Positions 48,416-58,688 of a DNA stretch of 64,000 nt are shown piece after piece (the first letter of the stretch is position 1; every line of letters begins with the position of its first letter). Source of the stretch: a candidate division FCPU426 bacterium (GTDB taxonomy: Bacteria; Oederibacteriota; Muellerivitia; Muellerivitales; Muellerivitaceae); NCBI GenBank assembly GCA_963847625.1, contig CAWKAR010000027.1, forward strand, positions 128,001-192,000, in the 5' to 3' direction. The notes under the pieces were generated by a model. That model was not told where the DNA came from, searched no databases, and worked only from the letters and a program-made list of their open reading frames with translations. The translations under genes and the position numbers were made by a program.

Positions 48416-50207
48416 ATACATCATGGGGGCGGCGGCGATCCTGGCTTTGGCAACAGGCTTCGCCGCGCCCGGATGGGCCAAAACCCTGGACAAGACCACT
48501 TTGATCGTGGATCAAACCGCTTTGACCCAGGGGGAATTGGAGGATGGCATCCAGGCTTTCTTCCAGGCGCAGGGGCTAAAATTCCCACCCTCCGCAAGCA
48601 ATCCCGACTACGAGAAAGCCAAAAAAGCGGTGGTGGACAGCTTTATCCAGGAAGTGCTGTTGGCGGAAGAGGCGGACCGGGAGAAGGCGGGGGTTTCCGA
48701 CGCCGAAGTGGACCACCAAGTCGACCAGGAAATCGACAACATGAAAAAGAACTTCGACAGCCAAAAGGCGTTCGAGGTGGAGCTTAAAAAAGAAGGCATT
48801 ACGCTGGAGGACCTGAAGCAGGATACCCGGGACAAGCTTTTAAGGCGGATGAAAGCGGACCGGATGATCCGCATGAAGCAGGAGCAACTGCCGGGATCAG
48901 CCGTCGTGGAGGACGCGGAGGTCCAAAAATATTTCCAAAAGCACCCCCAGGATTACGAGCGGGTGAAGTTTTCCATCATACTCCTTCGCGTACCCGCGAA
49001 AGCCAAGCCGGAGAACGCGGCACAGGTGGAAAAACAGGCCAAGAACCTCCTGCTGGAACTGAAAAATGGGGCGGATTTCCCGGCCTACGCGAAAAAATAC
49101 TCCGAAGACCAGGGCTCCGCGGACAAGGGCGGCGCGGTCGGTACGGTTTACCGCGCGGAATTGGATCCCAAGCTGGCCAAAGGCGTTTTCGCGATTCCCA
49201 CCAAGGGAACCGGCTTGGTCAGGGCTTCGGATGGGATCTACATCGTCAAAGTGGATTACAAGGGAAAGGCGGATTACGACTCGGTGGCGCCCGCCATCAA
49301 GGACCATCTTGTGAAGGGAAAGCAATCCACGGCGCTTCAAAGCTGGGTGGAGGGCCTGAAGAAAAACGCCTATATCGTGGAGGACGGGAAGGTCCTTTCC
49401 GTCGCTTCCAACCCGCCGAAGGCCGCCGGGATTCTTCCCTCCTCAGCTTCGGTTTCGGAATCGCAGGCCGATGAAATCGAGGCGGCCGGCCAAACCACTA
49501 CCGCCGCGGCTGTTGAAACCCCCGTTGAGGAAGGCGATACCACCCGGGATTTCCCCACCTTGCCCAGCGCCGGGAGCCTCGCGTTGGCCTTCCATTTGAA
49601 CGGCTTGAATTACGGGACGCAGGACCTTTCGGGTTATTACCCTTCATCGGTGAATACCAACCAGGGATTCCCCTTCGGCTTGGGCCTGGACCTGGGGATG
49701 GAAATAGCGGTGGACCAGACCATCGAGGTGGGGATTCAGGGGGAGGCCCTGCATAAAATCACCGAGAATGTCACCGATTCCGCCGGTGACCAGGATCAAT
49801 GGAACGCCACCGCCGCGGGACCCCTGGTTTCAGCCAGGGTCTTGATTCCCCTGGACGAGGGGACCAATTTCATCCTGAACGCCGCCGGGGGCTATTACTT
49901 CCTTTTAAGCGGAAGTGTTTCCGTGACGGGTTCCTCTCCGCGAAACGCGGACTTAAGCGGGGAAACCTTCGGGGGAAGGGTTGGACTCGGCACCGAATTT
50001 TTCCTGGATGACGACAAGAACACCTCCCTGGACCTGGGGATCGCCTACCGCCTGGTCAAATTCTCCTCGCTTACCGCCCAAACGACCGCGGGCCCCACCC
50101 AGCCCTCGCCCTTGGAAAACATCAACGGCTCCAAGGCCAATATCGATTTTTCGGGAATCCAACTGGGGATCGGCATCCGGTTTTACCTGGATAAGAGCCA
50201 GGACTAA
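48408..50207 (+). CDS. SurA-like parvulin PPIase fused to a C-terminal outer-membrane beta-barrel-like domain
   Basis: SurA_N + rotamase (F..YAKKYSED.GS..KGG); linker; amphipathic beta-strands ending DFSGIQLGIGIRFY. Confidence 0.8.
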   Translation: MSKYIMGAAAILALATGFAAPGWAKTLDKTTLIVDQTALTQGELEDGIQAFFQAQGLKFPPSASNPDYEKAKKAVVDSFIQEVLLAEEADREKAGVSDAEVDHQVDQEIDNMKKNFDSQKAFEVELKKEGITLEDLKQDTRDKLLRRMKADRMIRMKQEQLPGSAVVEDAEVQKYFQKHPQDYERVKFSIILLRVPAKAKPENAAQVEKQAKNLLLELKNGADFPAYAKKYSEDQGSADKGGAVGTVYRAELDPKLAKGVFAIPTKGTGLVRASDGIYIVKVDYKGKADYDSVAPAIKDHLVKGKQSTALQSWVEGLKKNAYIVEDGKVLSVASNPPKAAGILPSSASVSESQADEIEAAGQTTTAAAVETPVEEGDTTRDFPTLPSAGSLALAFHLNGLNYGTQDLSGYYPSSVNTNQGFPFGLGLDLGMEIAVDQTIEVGIQGEALHKITENVTDSAGDQDQWNATAAGPLVSARVLIPLDEGTNFILNAAGGYYFLLSGSVSVTGSSPRNADLSGETFGGRVGLGTEFFLDDDKNTSLDLGIAYRLVKFSSLTAQTTAGPTQPSPLENINGSKANIDFSGIQLGIGIRFYLDKSQD

Positions 50208-50239
50208 GGCGGGCTGAAAGGGAAGGAAAAGGCGGGTCC

Positions 50240-50500
50240 TTGCGGGTCGACCTCTTTTTAAAACTCATCGGCATCACCAAAACCCGGATGGCCGCCAAGC
50301 GGTTGTGCGATTCGGGGAAGGTCCTGATCGGCCCAAAGCCGCTGAAACCTTCCCGGGAGATCCTGGCGGGGGAAATCCTCGAGATTTTTCTTCCCCAGCG
50401 GAAGCTTCAAATCAAGGTCCTGGAAGTCCCGCCGGATAAATCCGTATCAAAAAAAGACCGGAAAAATTATTTCACCCTGCTCTCCAGCCTGGAGGAGTAA
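50240..50500 (+). CDS. S4-domain RNA-binding protein (YabO/RqcP/Hsp15-like)
   Basis: MRVDLFLK..I.KTR..AK..CD.GKV...KPS. Confidence 0.88.
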   Translation: MRVDLFLKLIGITKTRMAAKRLCDSGKVLIGPKPLKPSREILAGEILEIFLPQRKLQIKVLEVPPDKSVSKKDRKNYFTLLSSLEE

Positions 50501-50589
50501 CCACACTAATCGCATATATTTGTCATTGTGCCGATTTTCATTAATGACTCAACTTTTGAAAAGTCCTGATGGCTTGTTATGGACAGCTA

Positions 50590-50752
50590 TTCCCCCCGTT
50601 GAAAAGGGGGGGGTAGGGGGGTATTAGTCGTTGTCAGAACGGAACGGAAAGACTAACCCTTCGACGTTGCTCAGGGCCCTGAGGCTCTCGAAGCACTGCC
50701 ACACGCTGCGGTGCGTGGGGCTCCCCTTTTTCCCCCTCTTTCAGAAGGGGAA
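50590..50752. repeat. Nested REP-like palindromic elements
   Basis: CCCCCGTTGAAAAGGGGG and CCCCCTCTTTCAGAAGGGG arms enclosing CCCTTCGAC..CTCAGGGCCCTGAG..TCGAAG and a hairpin shared with 21955. Confidence 0.6.
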
Positions 50753-51032
50753 ACGCGAGGCAACCTGCGATTTGCCAATGTCGATTATGCTTATTAAATC
50801 CCATGAGTCCCATGTATGCCAGCCTTCAATAAAGCTTTTAATGGGGCTGGTATCATACCGATCTCATTATATTTTTATGGATGATCGGCATATCCGTGGC
50901 TAGGTTTATATTGGATAGGTGTGAAGTTTTATACAAGCTTAGTTCGACCATCTAAATAAACCCTTGATTTAAATTTGATAATGATTATCATTTAGCTAAA
51001 GCGGAATTTGAACATATCAAGGACTCTTTAAT

Positions 51033-52313
51033 ATGAAAAAAACCGAAGTTTTCTCCCATCACTTTCCCGGCTGGAAGAAGCTGGGCGCTTTCCTCATGGT
51101 CATGGGCCCCGGCCTGATCGTCATGCAGGCCGACACGGAGGCGGGAAGCATCACCACCGCGGCCGTGGCCGGGGCCCAATACGGCTATCTCCTGGTGGGG
51201 CTCCTCGTCATCCTGATCGTCCCGCTTTACGTGGTCCAGGAAATGACGGCCCGCCTGGGTTCCATCACGGGCAAGGGGCACGCCTTCCTGATCCGCCAAA
51301 AATACGGGATGGGCTGGGCCTGGGTTTCCCTGGTCATCCTCTTCGCCTGCAACGTCGCGGCCCTCGTCACGGAATTCGCGGGGATCCTGAGCGCGGCCCG
51401 GCTGGCCCATATCCCGCCCTTGTTTTCCGTATCCTTCGCCGCGGTGTTGCTCATCCTGGTCGTTATTTCCGGCACCTACAAAACCGCCGAATACATCGCC
51501 CTGGCCTTCTGCCTGGCCGACCTGCTTTTCATCCCCGCCGCCTTCATGGCCCACCCCGATTGGGGACAGGTTTTCCGGCAGTCCGTTTCCCTTCCCACGG
51601 GACCCATCACCCGGGATTTCGTCCTGATCGTCATCGGGATGATCGGGGCGGTCATCATGCCCTGGATGATCTATTACCAGCAAAGCGCGGTGGTGGATAA
51701 GAAGCTGAAAGGGGAGGACCTGGGCTTCGAGCGGCTGGATACGGCCATCGGAGCGGTCGTGACGGAGGCTATCATGGCCTTCATCGTCATCGCCACGGGC
51801 GCCACGCTCTACATGAACCACGTCTCCATCGACGACGCGGCCCAGGCGGCCCAGGCCCTCATTCCCCTGGCGGGGAAGTACGCCGGGGTCTTTTTCGCGG
51901 TGGGGCTGATCAGCGCCTCGTTCCTCGGGGCCTTCGTGGTGGCGGTTTCCACCGCCTGGGCCTTCGGGGAAACCTTCGGTTGGCCCCACAGCCTCAACCA
52001 CAACCTTCCCCAGGCCAAGCGGTTTTACGCCTTTTACGCGGCGGGGGTGGCCCTGGCGGCCGGCATCGTGCTGATCCCGAATATCCCCCTGGTCCACATC
52101 ATGGTCATGGTCCAGGTCGGGAACGCGCTTCTTCTTCCGATCGTGCTGGGTTTCCTGCTTCTCTTGACCAACGACAAGAATCTTTTAGGAAACGCGGTCA
52201 ACGGTTGGAAGGCCAACACCCTGGTCATCACGACCGGCGCCGTCGTCATTCTTCTGGGCCTTTTGTCCGTGGCCATGTCGTTCTTTCCCGACTGGCCGCC
52301 CTTCTTGAAATAA
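51033..52313 (+). CDS. NRAMP-family divalent metal transporter (NRMT-like clade)
   Basis: GPGLI...AG.ITT...GAQYGY, QEMTARLG..TGKG, EFAG, GAVIMPW..YYQQS. Confidence 0.88.
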   Translation: MKKTEVFSHHFPGWKKLGAFLMVMGPGLIVMQADTEAGSITTAAVAGAQYGYLLVGLLVILIVPLYVVQEMTARLGSITGKGHAFLIRQKYGMGWAWVSLVILFACNVAALVTEFAGILSAARLAHIPPLFSVSFAAVLLILVVISGTYKTAEYIALAFCLADLLFIPAAFMAHPDWGQVFRQSVSLPTGPITRDFVLIVIGMIGAVIMPWMIYYQQSAVVDKKLKGEDLGFERLDTAIGAVVTEAIMAFIVIATGATLYMNHVSIDDAAQAAQALIPLAGKYAGVFFAVGLISASFLGAFVVAVSTAWAFGETFGWPHSLNHNLPQAKRFYAFYAAGVALAAGIVLIPNIPLVHIMVMVQVGNALLLPIVLGFLLLLTNDKNLLGNAVNGWKANTLVITTGAVVILLGLLSVAMSFFPDWPPFLK

Positions 52314-52454
52314 ATCTCAATATTATTTTATTTATCTGTCATCGCGAGCCCCTGCGCCAATCGGCGCGCTGAGGGGCGTGGCGACCCCAGTTCATGGGGG
52401 GTTTTCGATTTACACTAATTGGTAGTTTTCTTTTTTCGCCCCCATTCGGAAACA

Positions 52455-52555
52455 AAATTCTGAATTTTAAATGTTTTATTTTAAATTGTGATGTGATTTT
52501 CGAATTCCGAAAATCCTCAATAATTCATAATTAAGAATTTAGAATTCATAATTGC
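52455..52555 (-). repeat. Heptamer-armed palindromic element (MITE-like), reverse copy
   Basis: Reverse complement contains GAATTATTGAGGATTT core with 7-nt periodic arms as at 54286 and 55576. Confidence 0.7.
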
Positions 52556-52618
52556 ATTTATAGGGATGCCCTTTCGCTTACTGGTGATGTGATCTACAGG
52601 GCCATTTGGAAGATGCTC

Positions 52619-53290
52619 TCATGAAGGGGGCAGGGGTTTAATAAACGGCAACAAATCGGCCAATTGGCCGAGGGAATCTACGAGCCAATCGGGGTGGAGG
52701 GATTCCAGCTTTTCCTTGGGGACGAACCCGTGTGAAACCAGGCCCACCCTCATTCCCGCGGCCCGGGCCGCTTCCAGGTCCACCGACGAATCACCGACCA
52801 TCACAGCTTCTTCCGGGGAGACCCCCATCTCCCGCAGGACCGCCAAGAGGGGATCAGGATTGGGTTTTTTATTCTGGGTGCTGTCTCCCCCCAGGATCGC
52901 GGAAAAGTAATGGAACAAGCCCAGCTTCTGAAGGGTGATGAGGGTGAGTTCATGGGGTTTATTGGAAACGAGCCCCAGTTTCAACCCGCGCTTTGTAAGC
53001 GCCTCCAGCAACTCCCGGGTCCCCGGAAAAACCAGGGTCTGGTCCACGCAATGTTCCCGGTAATGGGCCCCCAGGACCTTCAGGCCCTCCGCGAGAATGG
53101 CGGGATCCTCCGTGCCGAGTGCTTTCCGGTTCAGGTGCTCGACGCCCCAGCCGATATAACCCACCAGGGTATCCAAATCCAGGGGACACATTCCAAAGTG
53201 CCGGCGCGCGGCGTTGGCCGCGGCGGCGATGTCTTTTTTCGAGTCGATGAGGGTCCCGTCCAAATCGAAAAGAACCGCTTTTAGGACCAT
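52619..53290 (-). CDS. HAD-IA hydrolase, phosphoglycolate phosphatase-like
   Basis: FDLDGTLIDS, VSNKP, KKPNP, VGDSSVD. Confidence 0.92.
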   Translation of the reverse strand: MVLKAVLFDLDGTLIDSKKDIAAAANAARRHFGMCPLDLDTLVGYIGWGVEHLNRKALGTEDPAILAEGLKVLGAHYREHCVDQTLVFPGTRELLEALTKRGLKLGLVSNKPHELTLITLQKLGLFHYFSAILGGDSTQNKKPNPDPLLAVLREMGVSPEEAVMVGDSSVDLEAARAAGMRVGLVSHGFVPKEKLESLHPDWLVDSLGQLADLLPFIKPLPPS

Positions 53291-53371
53291 GAGGAAGCCT
53301 TTCTAGCAGGCAGCTGAAAAAGTAAAAATAGGACAACATGCCGCTAAACAAATTAATAAAGACTGGGAATG

Positions 53372-53530
53372 CGGTATAGCACCGTTCTCAATATTTCATT
53401 ATGGTTAATCGGCACAAAGACTCAAAGACTCTGCGTAAAAGAACGAATATTTAATAGTTTATCTATGCTGGGCCTCTGAGTCTCTGTGCCGATTCACCAT
53501 TAGTCAGAAATTGAAATCGGTACTATACCG
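53372..53530. repeat. 159-bp imperfect palindrome (MITE/REP-like)
   Basis: CGGTATAGCACCG...ATCGGCACAAAGACTCA / TGAGTCTCTGTGCCGAT...CGGTACTATACCG. Confidence 0.75.
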
Positions 53531-53714
53531 ACCTCCTTAAAAAATTAATGGAAGGTCGGCATGTGGTAAAAAGAGGTTTTGTTAATGTCTCTTAAAAGAT
53601 TATAGGGCGATTTCATATATGGCAACTTGAGATCATGGGTATTAAACGGGGGCCGCCTACCGGCATGGGCTGGAACGGCAATTCTAAATTCTCAATTGGC
53701 CATTAAATAGGTTT

Positions 53715-53828
53715 TCCGTCGGCATGGGCCGGGAGCCCCGTGAACATGAACTGGAACCCCGTGAACATAGGCCGGATGCCCCGTGAACATGGCCGGTAAC
53801 CCCGTGAACAAGGGCCGGGAGCCCCGTG
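53715..53828. repeat. ~22-bp period array (CCCCGTGAACA cores)
   Basis: Four full CCCCGTGAACA cores plus a truncated fifth, with 10-11-nt variable linkers. Confidence 0.75.
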
Positions 53829-53910
53829 TTGAATTATTGAGGATTTCCGAACCTCAGAAATCTACCAAAATTCATAATTCAAAACTCAAAATTCAAAATT
53901 GGCTTTTAAT

Positions 53911-54275
53911 GGGTTCTCGGGTTCTCGGGTTCTCGGGCAGTTCTTGGGTTCTCGGCTAGTTCTCGGGTTCTCGGGCAGTTCTCGGGTTCTCGGCTAGTTC
54001 TCGGGTTCTCGGGCAGTTCTCGGGTTCTCGGGCAGTTCTTGGGTTCTCGGGCAGTTCTCGGGTTCTCGGGCAGTTCTCGGGTTCTCGGGCAGTTCTCGGG
54101 TTCTCGGGCAGTTCTCGGGTTCTCGGGCAGTTCTTGGGTTCTCGGGCAGTTCTCGGGTTCTCGGGCAGTTCTCGGGTTCTCGGGCAGTTCTCGGGTTCTC
54201 GGGCAGTTCTTGGGTTCTCGGCTAGTTCTCGGGTTCTCGGGCAGTTCCCGAGTTCCGGGGTTCCTGGGTTCCGGG
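53911..54275. repeat. Composite minisatellite of GGGTTCTC and GGGCAGTTCTC units
   Basis: ~350 bp of mostly alternating 8- and 11-bp units, flanked by identical 82-bp direct repeats (53828-53909, 54313-54394). Confidence 0.92.
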
Positions 54276-54285
54276 GGCCTGGAAC

Positions 54286-54394
54286 GGCAATTCTAAATTC
54301 TCAATGTTAAATGTTGAATTATTGAGGATTTCCGAACCTCAGAAATCTACCAAAATTCATAATTCAAAACTCAAAATTCAAAATTGGCTTTTAA
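54286..54394 (+). repeat. Heptamer-armed palindromic element (MITE-like)
   Basis: GGCAATT...GAATTATTGAGGATTTCCGAA...AATTCATAATTCAAAACTCAAAATTCAAAATTGGC. Confidence 0.8.
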
Positions 54395-54561
54395 ATAGGT
54401 CCTGCCCGCAGGGGCCGGTGCTGGGTTTTACCATGGAAAATTCTCAAGACCACCTTTCTTTTACGGGTTTACCGTCCATAAACTTGTTCTCAGGTACGCC
54501 GGGGATGGCACCGGTCCGCCGCCGGATCGGCGGGGAAATCAGATGACTAAAGGGGAGAAAT

Positions 54562-55551
54562 ATGGAAACAGTTAATAACATAAGCAAACCGGGAACCGGC
54601 AGGGAGTTCGTTCTCACCCGGGTTTTCAAAGCTCCAAGGGAGTTGGTCTTCAAGGCTTGGACCGAGCCGGACCGTATCGCCCGCTGGTTTGGACCTAGGG
54701 GTATCTCGGTCAAAAGCGCCAAAATGGATTTGCGGCCGGGGGGGTCTCTTCTCACCTGCATGGCCGCCCCCGATAAAACTGAAACATGGGGAAAATGGGT
54801 GTTCCGAAAGATCGCCCCGCCGGCGGAACTTGTTTACATTAATTCTTTCTCGGATGAAAAAGGGGGGTTGACCCGCCACCCCATGCACTCCGCTTGGCCC
54901 TTGGAATTGCTCACCACTGTCGTATTGAAGGACAAGGGAGGGGAAACCGCAGTCACGCTCAAGTGGCTTCCGCTCAACGCGACGGAAGGGGAAGCCAGCG
55001 CCTTTGAAAACGCCATGGAGGGGATGAAGGCCGGCTGGACGGGGACTTTCGACCAGCTGGAGGGGTACCTGGTGGAAGTTGGGAGTGAAATAGGACCCCA
55101 TCCCCTGGACCTCCGGCTCACCCGGACCGTGGAAGCCCCGCGGGAAAAGGTGTTCGAGGCCTTTACCCGCGCTGAGCATCTGGTGCGGTGGTGGGCCCCC
55201 GGGGGGTTATCCATGCCCCTATGCGAAGTCGACTTGCGGCCGGGGGGCACTTGGCGTTACAGCTTCCGCTCGCCCGAGGGCTGGGAGCACAGCTGCGTCA
55301 CGGTTTATTCAATAGTGGCACCGCCCCGAAAGCTCGTCATGGAAGCCCATGTCCCGGCCAAGGATGGGCAACCGATCTTCAGGATCAGGCAAACCGTGAT
55401 CCTGGAGGAAAAAGGGGATGCGACCGTGGTGGATTTGGATGTGAAAATCCTCCTCGCCAATCCGGGGTCGGAACCCTACCTGGCCGGGATGAAGGAAGGC
55501 ACGAACCAAACCCTGGACAACCTGGTAGCCTACCTAAAGAAATCGAGGTAA
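54562..55551 (+). CDS. Tandem SRPBCC/AHSA1-domain protein
   Basis: Two TR.F.APRE.VF.AWT......W..P...DLRPGG domains. Confidence 0.92.
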   Translation: METVNNISKPGTGREFVLTRVFKAPRELVFKAWTEPDRIARWFGPRGISVKSAKMDLRPGGSLLTCMAAPDKTETWGKWVFRKIAPPAELVYINSFSDEKGGLTRHPMHSAWPLELLTTVVLKDKGGETAVTLKWLPLNATEGEASAFENAMEGMKAGWTGTFDQLEGYLVEVGSEIGPHPLDLRLTRTVEAPREKVFEAFTRAEHLVRWWAPGGLSMPLCEVDLRPGGTWRYSFRSPEGWEHSCVTVYSIVAPPRKLVMEAHVPAKDGQPIFRIRQTVILEEKGDATVVDLDVKILLANPGSEPYLAGMKEGTNQTLDNLVAYLKKSR

Positions 55552-55575
55552 GCGGAAGCCTGCCCGCATTTCAAC

Positions 55576-55670
55576 GGCAATTGTTAATTATGAATGTTAA
55601 ATGTTGAATTATTGAGGATTTCCGAAATCTACCAAAATTCATAATTCAAAACTCAAAATTCAAAATTGTC
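55576..55670 (+). repeat. Heptamer-armed palindromic element (MITE-like)
   Basis: Near-identical to the 54286 copy with a 9-bp shorter centre. Confidence 0.8.
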
Positions 55671-55779
55671 TTTCATTTGTTATTCCTACAGTAGTCCTGC
55701 CCGCAGAAGCCAGGTATAACAAGCGTATCCATCTGCCGGCAAAGTGATAATATCGGGAACATTGGATAGGAGGCTTTTC

Positions 55780-56256
55780 ATGGGTGTCCGGCGCGAATTG
55801 AGGTTCAAGATCCTGGACGACGCCAGGCGGGAGCTGGCCCTATTGGAGAAGGGTCCGGTGGCCACGACGGGGAACTGGTCCTATTTCCAGATCCTGACCC
55901 ATTGCGCCACTTCCCTCGAGGGGACCATGAAAGGGATCAAGAGGGACATATCCTGGTGGAAGAGGCATTTCTCCGGGCCGCGCGCGGCCAGGAGGGTGAT
56001 GGCCCAGGGTTTCATACCCGCCGGGGTCAATTCGTCCTCGACCCTGAAGCCCGAAAGGGTGGAAGGGGACGAAAAAGAGGCCCTGATCCGTTTGAGGAAG
56101 GCGATGGAGGATTTCGAGAAATTCGAGGGCCCCTTGAGCGAGCATCCGCGGTTCGGCCCTTTGAATAAGAATCATTGGATCCATTTCCACGCCATGCACT
56201 TGGCGAACCATTTGGGTTTCGCCAAACCCAAGGATTCTGACGGGGGAAAAGCGTGA
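55780..56256 (+). CDS. DUF1569/DinB-like protein
   Basis: GNWS..QILTHCA, HPRFGPL...W..FH..H..NHL. Confidence 0.8.
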   Translation: MGVRRELRFKILDDARRELALLEKGPVATTGNWSYFQILTHCATSLEGTMKGIKRDISWWKRHFSGPRAARRVMAQGFIPAGVNSSSTLKPERVEGDEKEALIRLRKAMEDFEKFEGPLSEHPRFGPLNKNHWIHFHAMHLANHLGFAKPKDSDGGKA

Positions 56257-56675
56257 AATTATCCATCCAAGATAAACAACTCATCGGGGAAGCCAAGCAC
56301 ATCATCGTCAAGTCGCGGCCAGTCAGGCTGGACAACACCGGGGATGTCGGGGCCGCGCTGGTTACTCCCCAGGGCAATGTCTACCGCGGGGTTTGCACCG
56401 GCTTTGGCTGCGGAATCGATTCCTGCGCGGAATTCCAGGCCATCGGGGCGATGATTTCCAACGGGGAAAAGGAAATCAAGAAAATAGTGGCGGTTTGGTT
56501 CGATAAAAAGACGGGAAAGTACCAGGTGATCCCGCCTTGCGGGAAGTGCAGGGAAATGATCAAGCAAGTCTGCAAGAAAAATCATAAGACGGAAGTGATC
56601 ATCTCAGAGTCGAAAAAAGTAAGCTTGAAGGATTTGCTCCCCCATTCCTGGGGCGGTACTATCGATCAAGGATAA
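56253..56675 (+). CDS. Cytidine deaminase family protein
   Basis: VGAAL, CAE, PPCGKCRE zinc motifs, LKDLLP. Confidence 0.88.
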   Translation: MKLSIQDKQLIGEAKHIIVKSRPVRLDNTGDVGAALVTPQGNVYRGVCTGFGCGIDSCAEFQAIGAMISNGEKEIKKIVAVWFDKKTGKYQVIPPCGKCREMIKQVCKKNHKTEVIISESKKVSLKDLLPHSWGGTIDQG

Positions 56676-56972
56676 GCCCTGGATCCGCAATGAGGCCCGG
56701 TTCGATTTCCGCCCTCGGGAAATCCTCAACAATTCTTCATTTTTCATTGTTATTTGGATAACTCCTAACCCCTCACTCTTTATCCCCAGAAGCTTTAGCG
56801 CAGGGGGGCTAACTACTAACTTTTCTTTCGAAAGCTCCTCACTCCGTATTTTTGAATTGGTGGCATAATAAGGGTCCGTTATTGGCATGAGGCCAGGGGC
56901 CGGATAAAAACCATAAACCATGCCTGACCCCCAAAGCCGGTTAACCAAGCGAAATTCAAGGAGGTTTATCCG

Positions 56973-58688
56973 ATGGCTCAATTGAAAACGTTCGTGGTTT
57001 TAGTCCTTTTAACGGCTGGTATCCTGTTTCCGCTCGCGTGCAGCAACAAGAACTCCACCACCTCCCCCACGGTTCCCGGGGTTCCCACCCAGGGCATCCC
57101 CACCGTCACCTGCCCCCCCAACGGGCTTTGCGGCCTTTTCCTGGTCCAGAGGGTTTCCTACAGCGGTTCCTCGACCATCCTCAATATGGCCGCGACCGTG
57201 TCCGTGGCGGGTGCCGCGGTTTCCACGGCGGGCGTCACGGTGGACAGCCCCTCCAACGGCTCGTTTCCCCTGACCTGGTCCTCCGGGGCTTCCGATTACA
57301 CCACGGCCGTTTCCTGGGCCTACGAGCCCGGCGGGGCCTACACCGTCCATTTCGCCACCGCCATGGGGAACGCCGGCGCCTCGGTGACGGCGCCGGGCGG
57401 CATCACCGTTTCCCCCGACGGGCGGTCCACGACCTGGTCGGCCGACGGGAACCTGGACATCATGGAGGTTGCGAATAACGGGGGCTTCGTGTACTACTCC
57501 CTGACCGACCTTAACCCCCCGGTCAACCTGCCCGCCTCGGATTTCGCGAACCCCGGCACCTATATGTTCGTGGTGGACTGCAACCGGATCTCCGCCTTCA
57601 GCCAGGGCTTAACCGCCATCGAGTGCCAGGCGGCCGATGAGCTTTTCACCGACGTTTACGTGGCCACCTTCACGCCCACGAACACCGGCACCCCCACTCA
57701 TACCGGCACCCCCACCCGAACCAACACCCCGGGCAGCCCCACGGCCACGCCCACCCCAACCCACACGCCCACCATCACCGACACCTTTACCATCACCAAC
57801 ACGCCCACCATCACTAACACCCCCACCATCACCCTCACCCCCACCATCACCCGGACTTTCACTACCACCTCCACCCCCACCAACACCAACACGCCCACAT
57901 TCACCTATACGCCCATCCACCACCTGGTCAAATCCTTCGGGGTGACCAATGCCGCGGGCCTAGCGGTGGATTCGGCCAACGGGGTTCTTTTCGCGAGCAA
58001 CGGCTCCAACGGCAACATCATGGAATACAACCTCTCCACCGGCGCCACCATCCGGCAGATCGGGGATTACAACCTCCTGTCCGGCACCAACATGACTTGG
58101 GACGCGAACAACCATTACCTCTACGTGGTGGACAGCACCAATAACGCGGTCCAGAAATACAGTGAAACCAACGCCACCCATCTCGCCCAGTACGCCGGAT
58201 TCGCCCCGGCCCTTCTTTACGAGCCCCAGGGCATCACGACGGATTCCGCGGGCAACGTCTACGTGGCCGACGCGGGCAACGGAAGGGTGCTCAAGCTGGA
58301 CCCCACCCTGACCACCGCCGTCACCTGGACCTCCGCCGGGGCCGTCACCTTCTCGGCACCCTTCGGCATGGCCACGGACGGGGGCAATATCGACGTGGGC
58401 GATACCAACGCCTCCCTGGTTGATGTCGTCACCACCTCCGACGGCCTCGTCTCAAATTTCGGGGGCTGTTCCGCCACCCCCCCGCTTTGTTACCCCAGGT
58501 TCATGATGGCCTACACGGATGGTAACCTCTACATCGGCATCAACGGGACCACGGCCGTTTACGACCCCTCCACCGGGAGTTTTGTCGAGGACTGGCCGGT
58601 CACGGGGCCCATGGCTTGCGACACATCGGGGAATATCTACGTGGGGAACTTCAATACCCAACAGATTGACGAGTATTCCATCCACTAA
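56973..58688 (+). CDS. Lipoprotein with Thr/Pro linker and NHL repeats
   Basis: Lipobox PLAC; TPT(I/N)T repeats at ~57660-57915; [19 protein letters not shown] repeats. Confidence 0.85.
   Translation: MAQLKTFVVLVLLTAGILFPLACSNKNSTTSPTVPGVPTQGIPTVTCPPNGLCGLFLVQRVSYSGSSTILNMAATVSVAGAAVSTAGVTVDSPSNGSFPLTWSSGASDYTTAVSWAYEPGGAYTVHFATAMGNAGASVTAPGGITVSPDGRSTTWSADGNLDIMEVANNGGFVYYSLTDLNPPVNLPASDFANPGTYMFVVDCNRISAFSQGLTAIECQAADELFTDVYVATFTPTNTGTPTHTGTPTRTNTPGSPTATPTPTHTPTITDTFTITNTPTITNTPTITLTPTITRTFTTTSTPTNTNTPTFTYTPIHHLVKSFGVTNAAGLAVDSANGVLFASNGSNGNIMEYNLSTGATIRQIGDYNLLSGTNMTWDANNHYLYVVDSTNNAVQKYSETNATHLAQYAGFAPALLYEPQGITTDSAGNVYVADAGNGRVLKLDPTLTTAVTWTSAGAVTFSAPFGMATDGGNIDVGDTNASLVDVVTTSDGLVSNFGGCSATPPLCYPRFMMAYTDGNLYIGINGTTAVYDPSTGSFVEDWPVTGPMACDTSGNIYVGNFNTQQIDEYSIH

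Noticed and set aside
50520..51030. Metal-sensing riboswitch (yybP-ykoY or M-box) upstream of the NRAMP gene, and ORF 50631-50903
   Set aside because: No recognisable consensus; the structure is explained by nested REP-like palindromes
54039..54546. ORFs 54039-54296 and 54304-54546
   Set aside because: Translations of the minisatellite and the heptamer element, with no RBS or protein features
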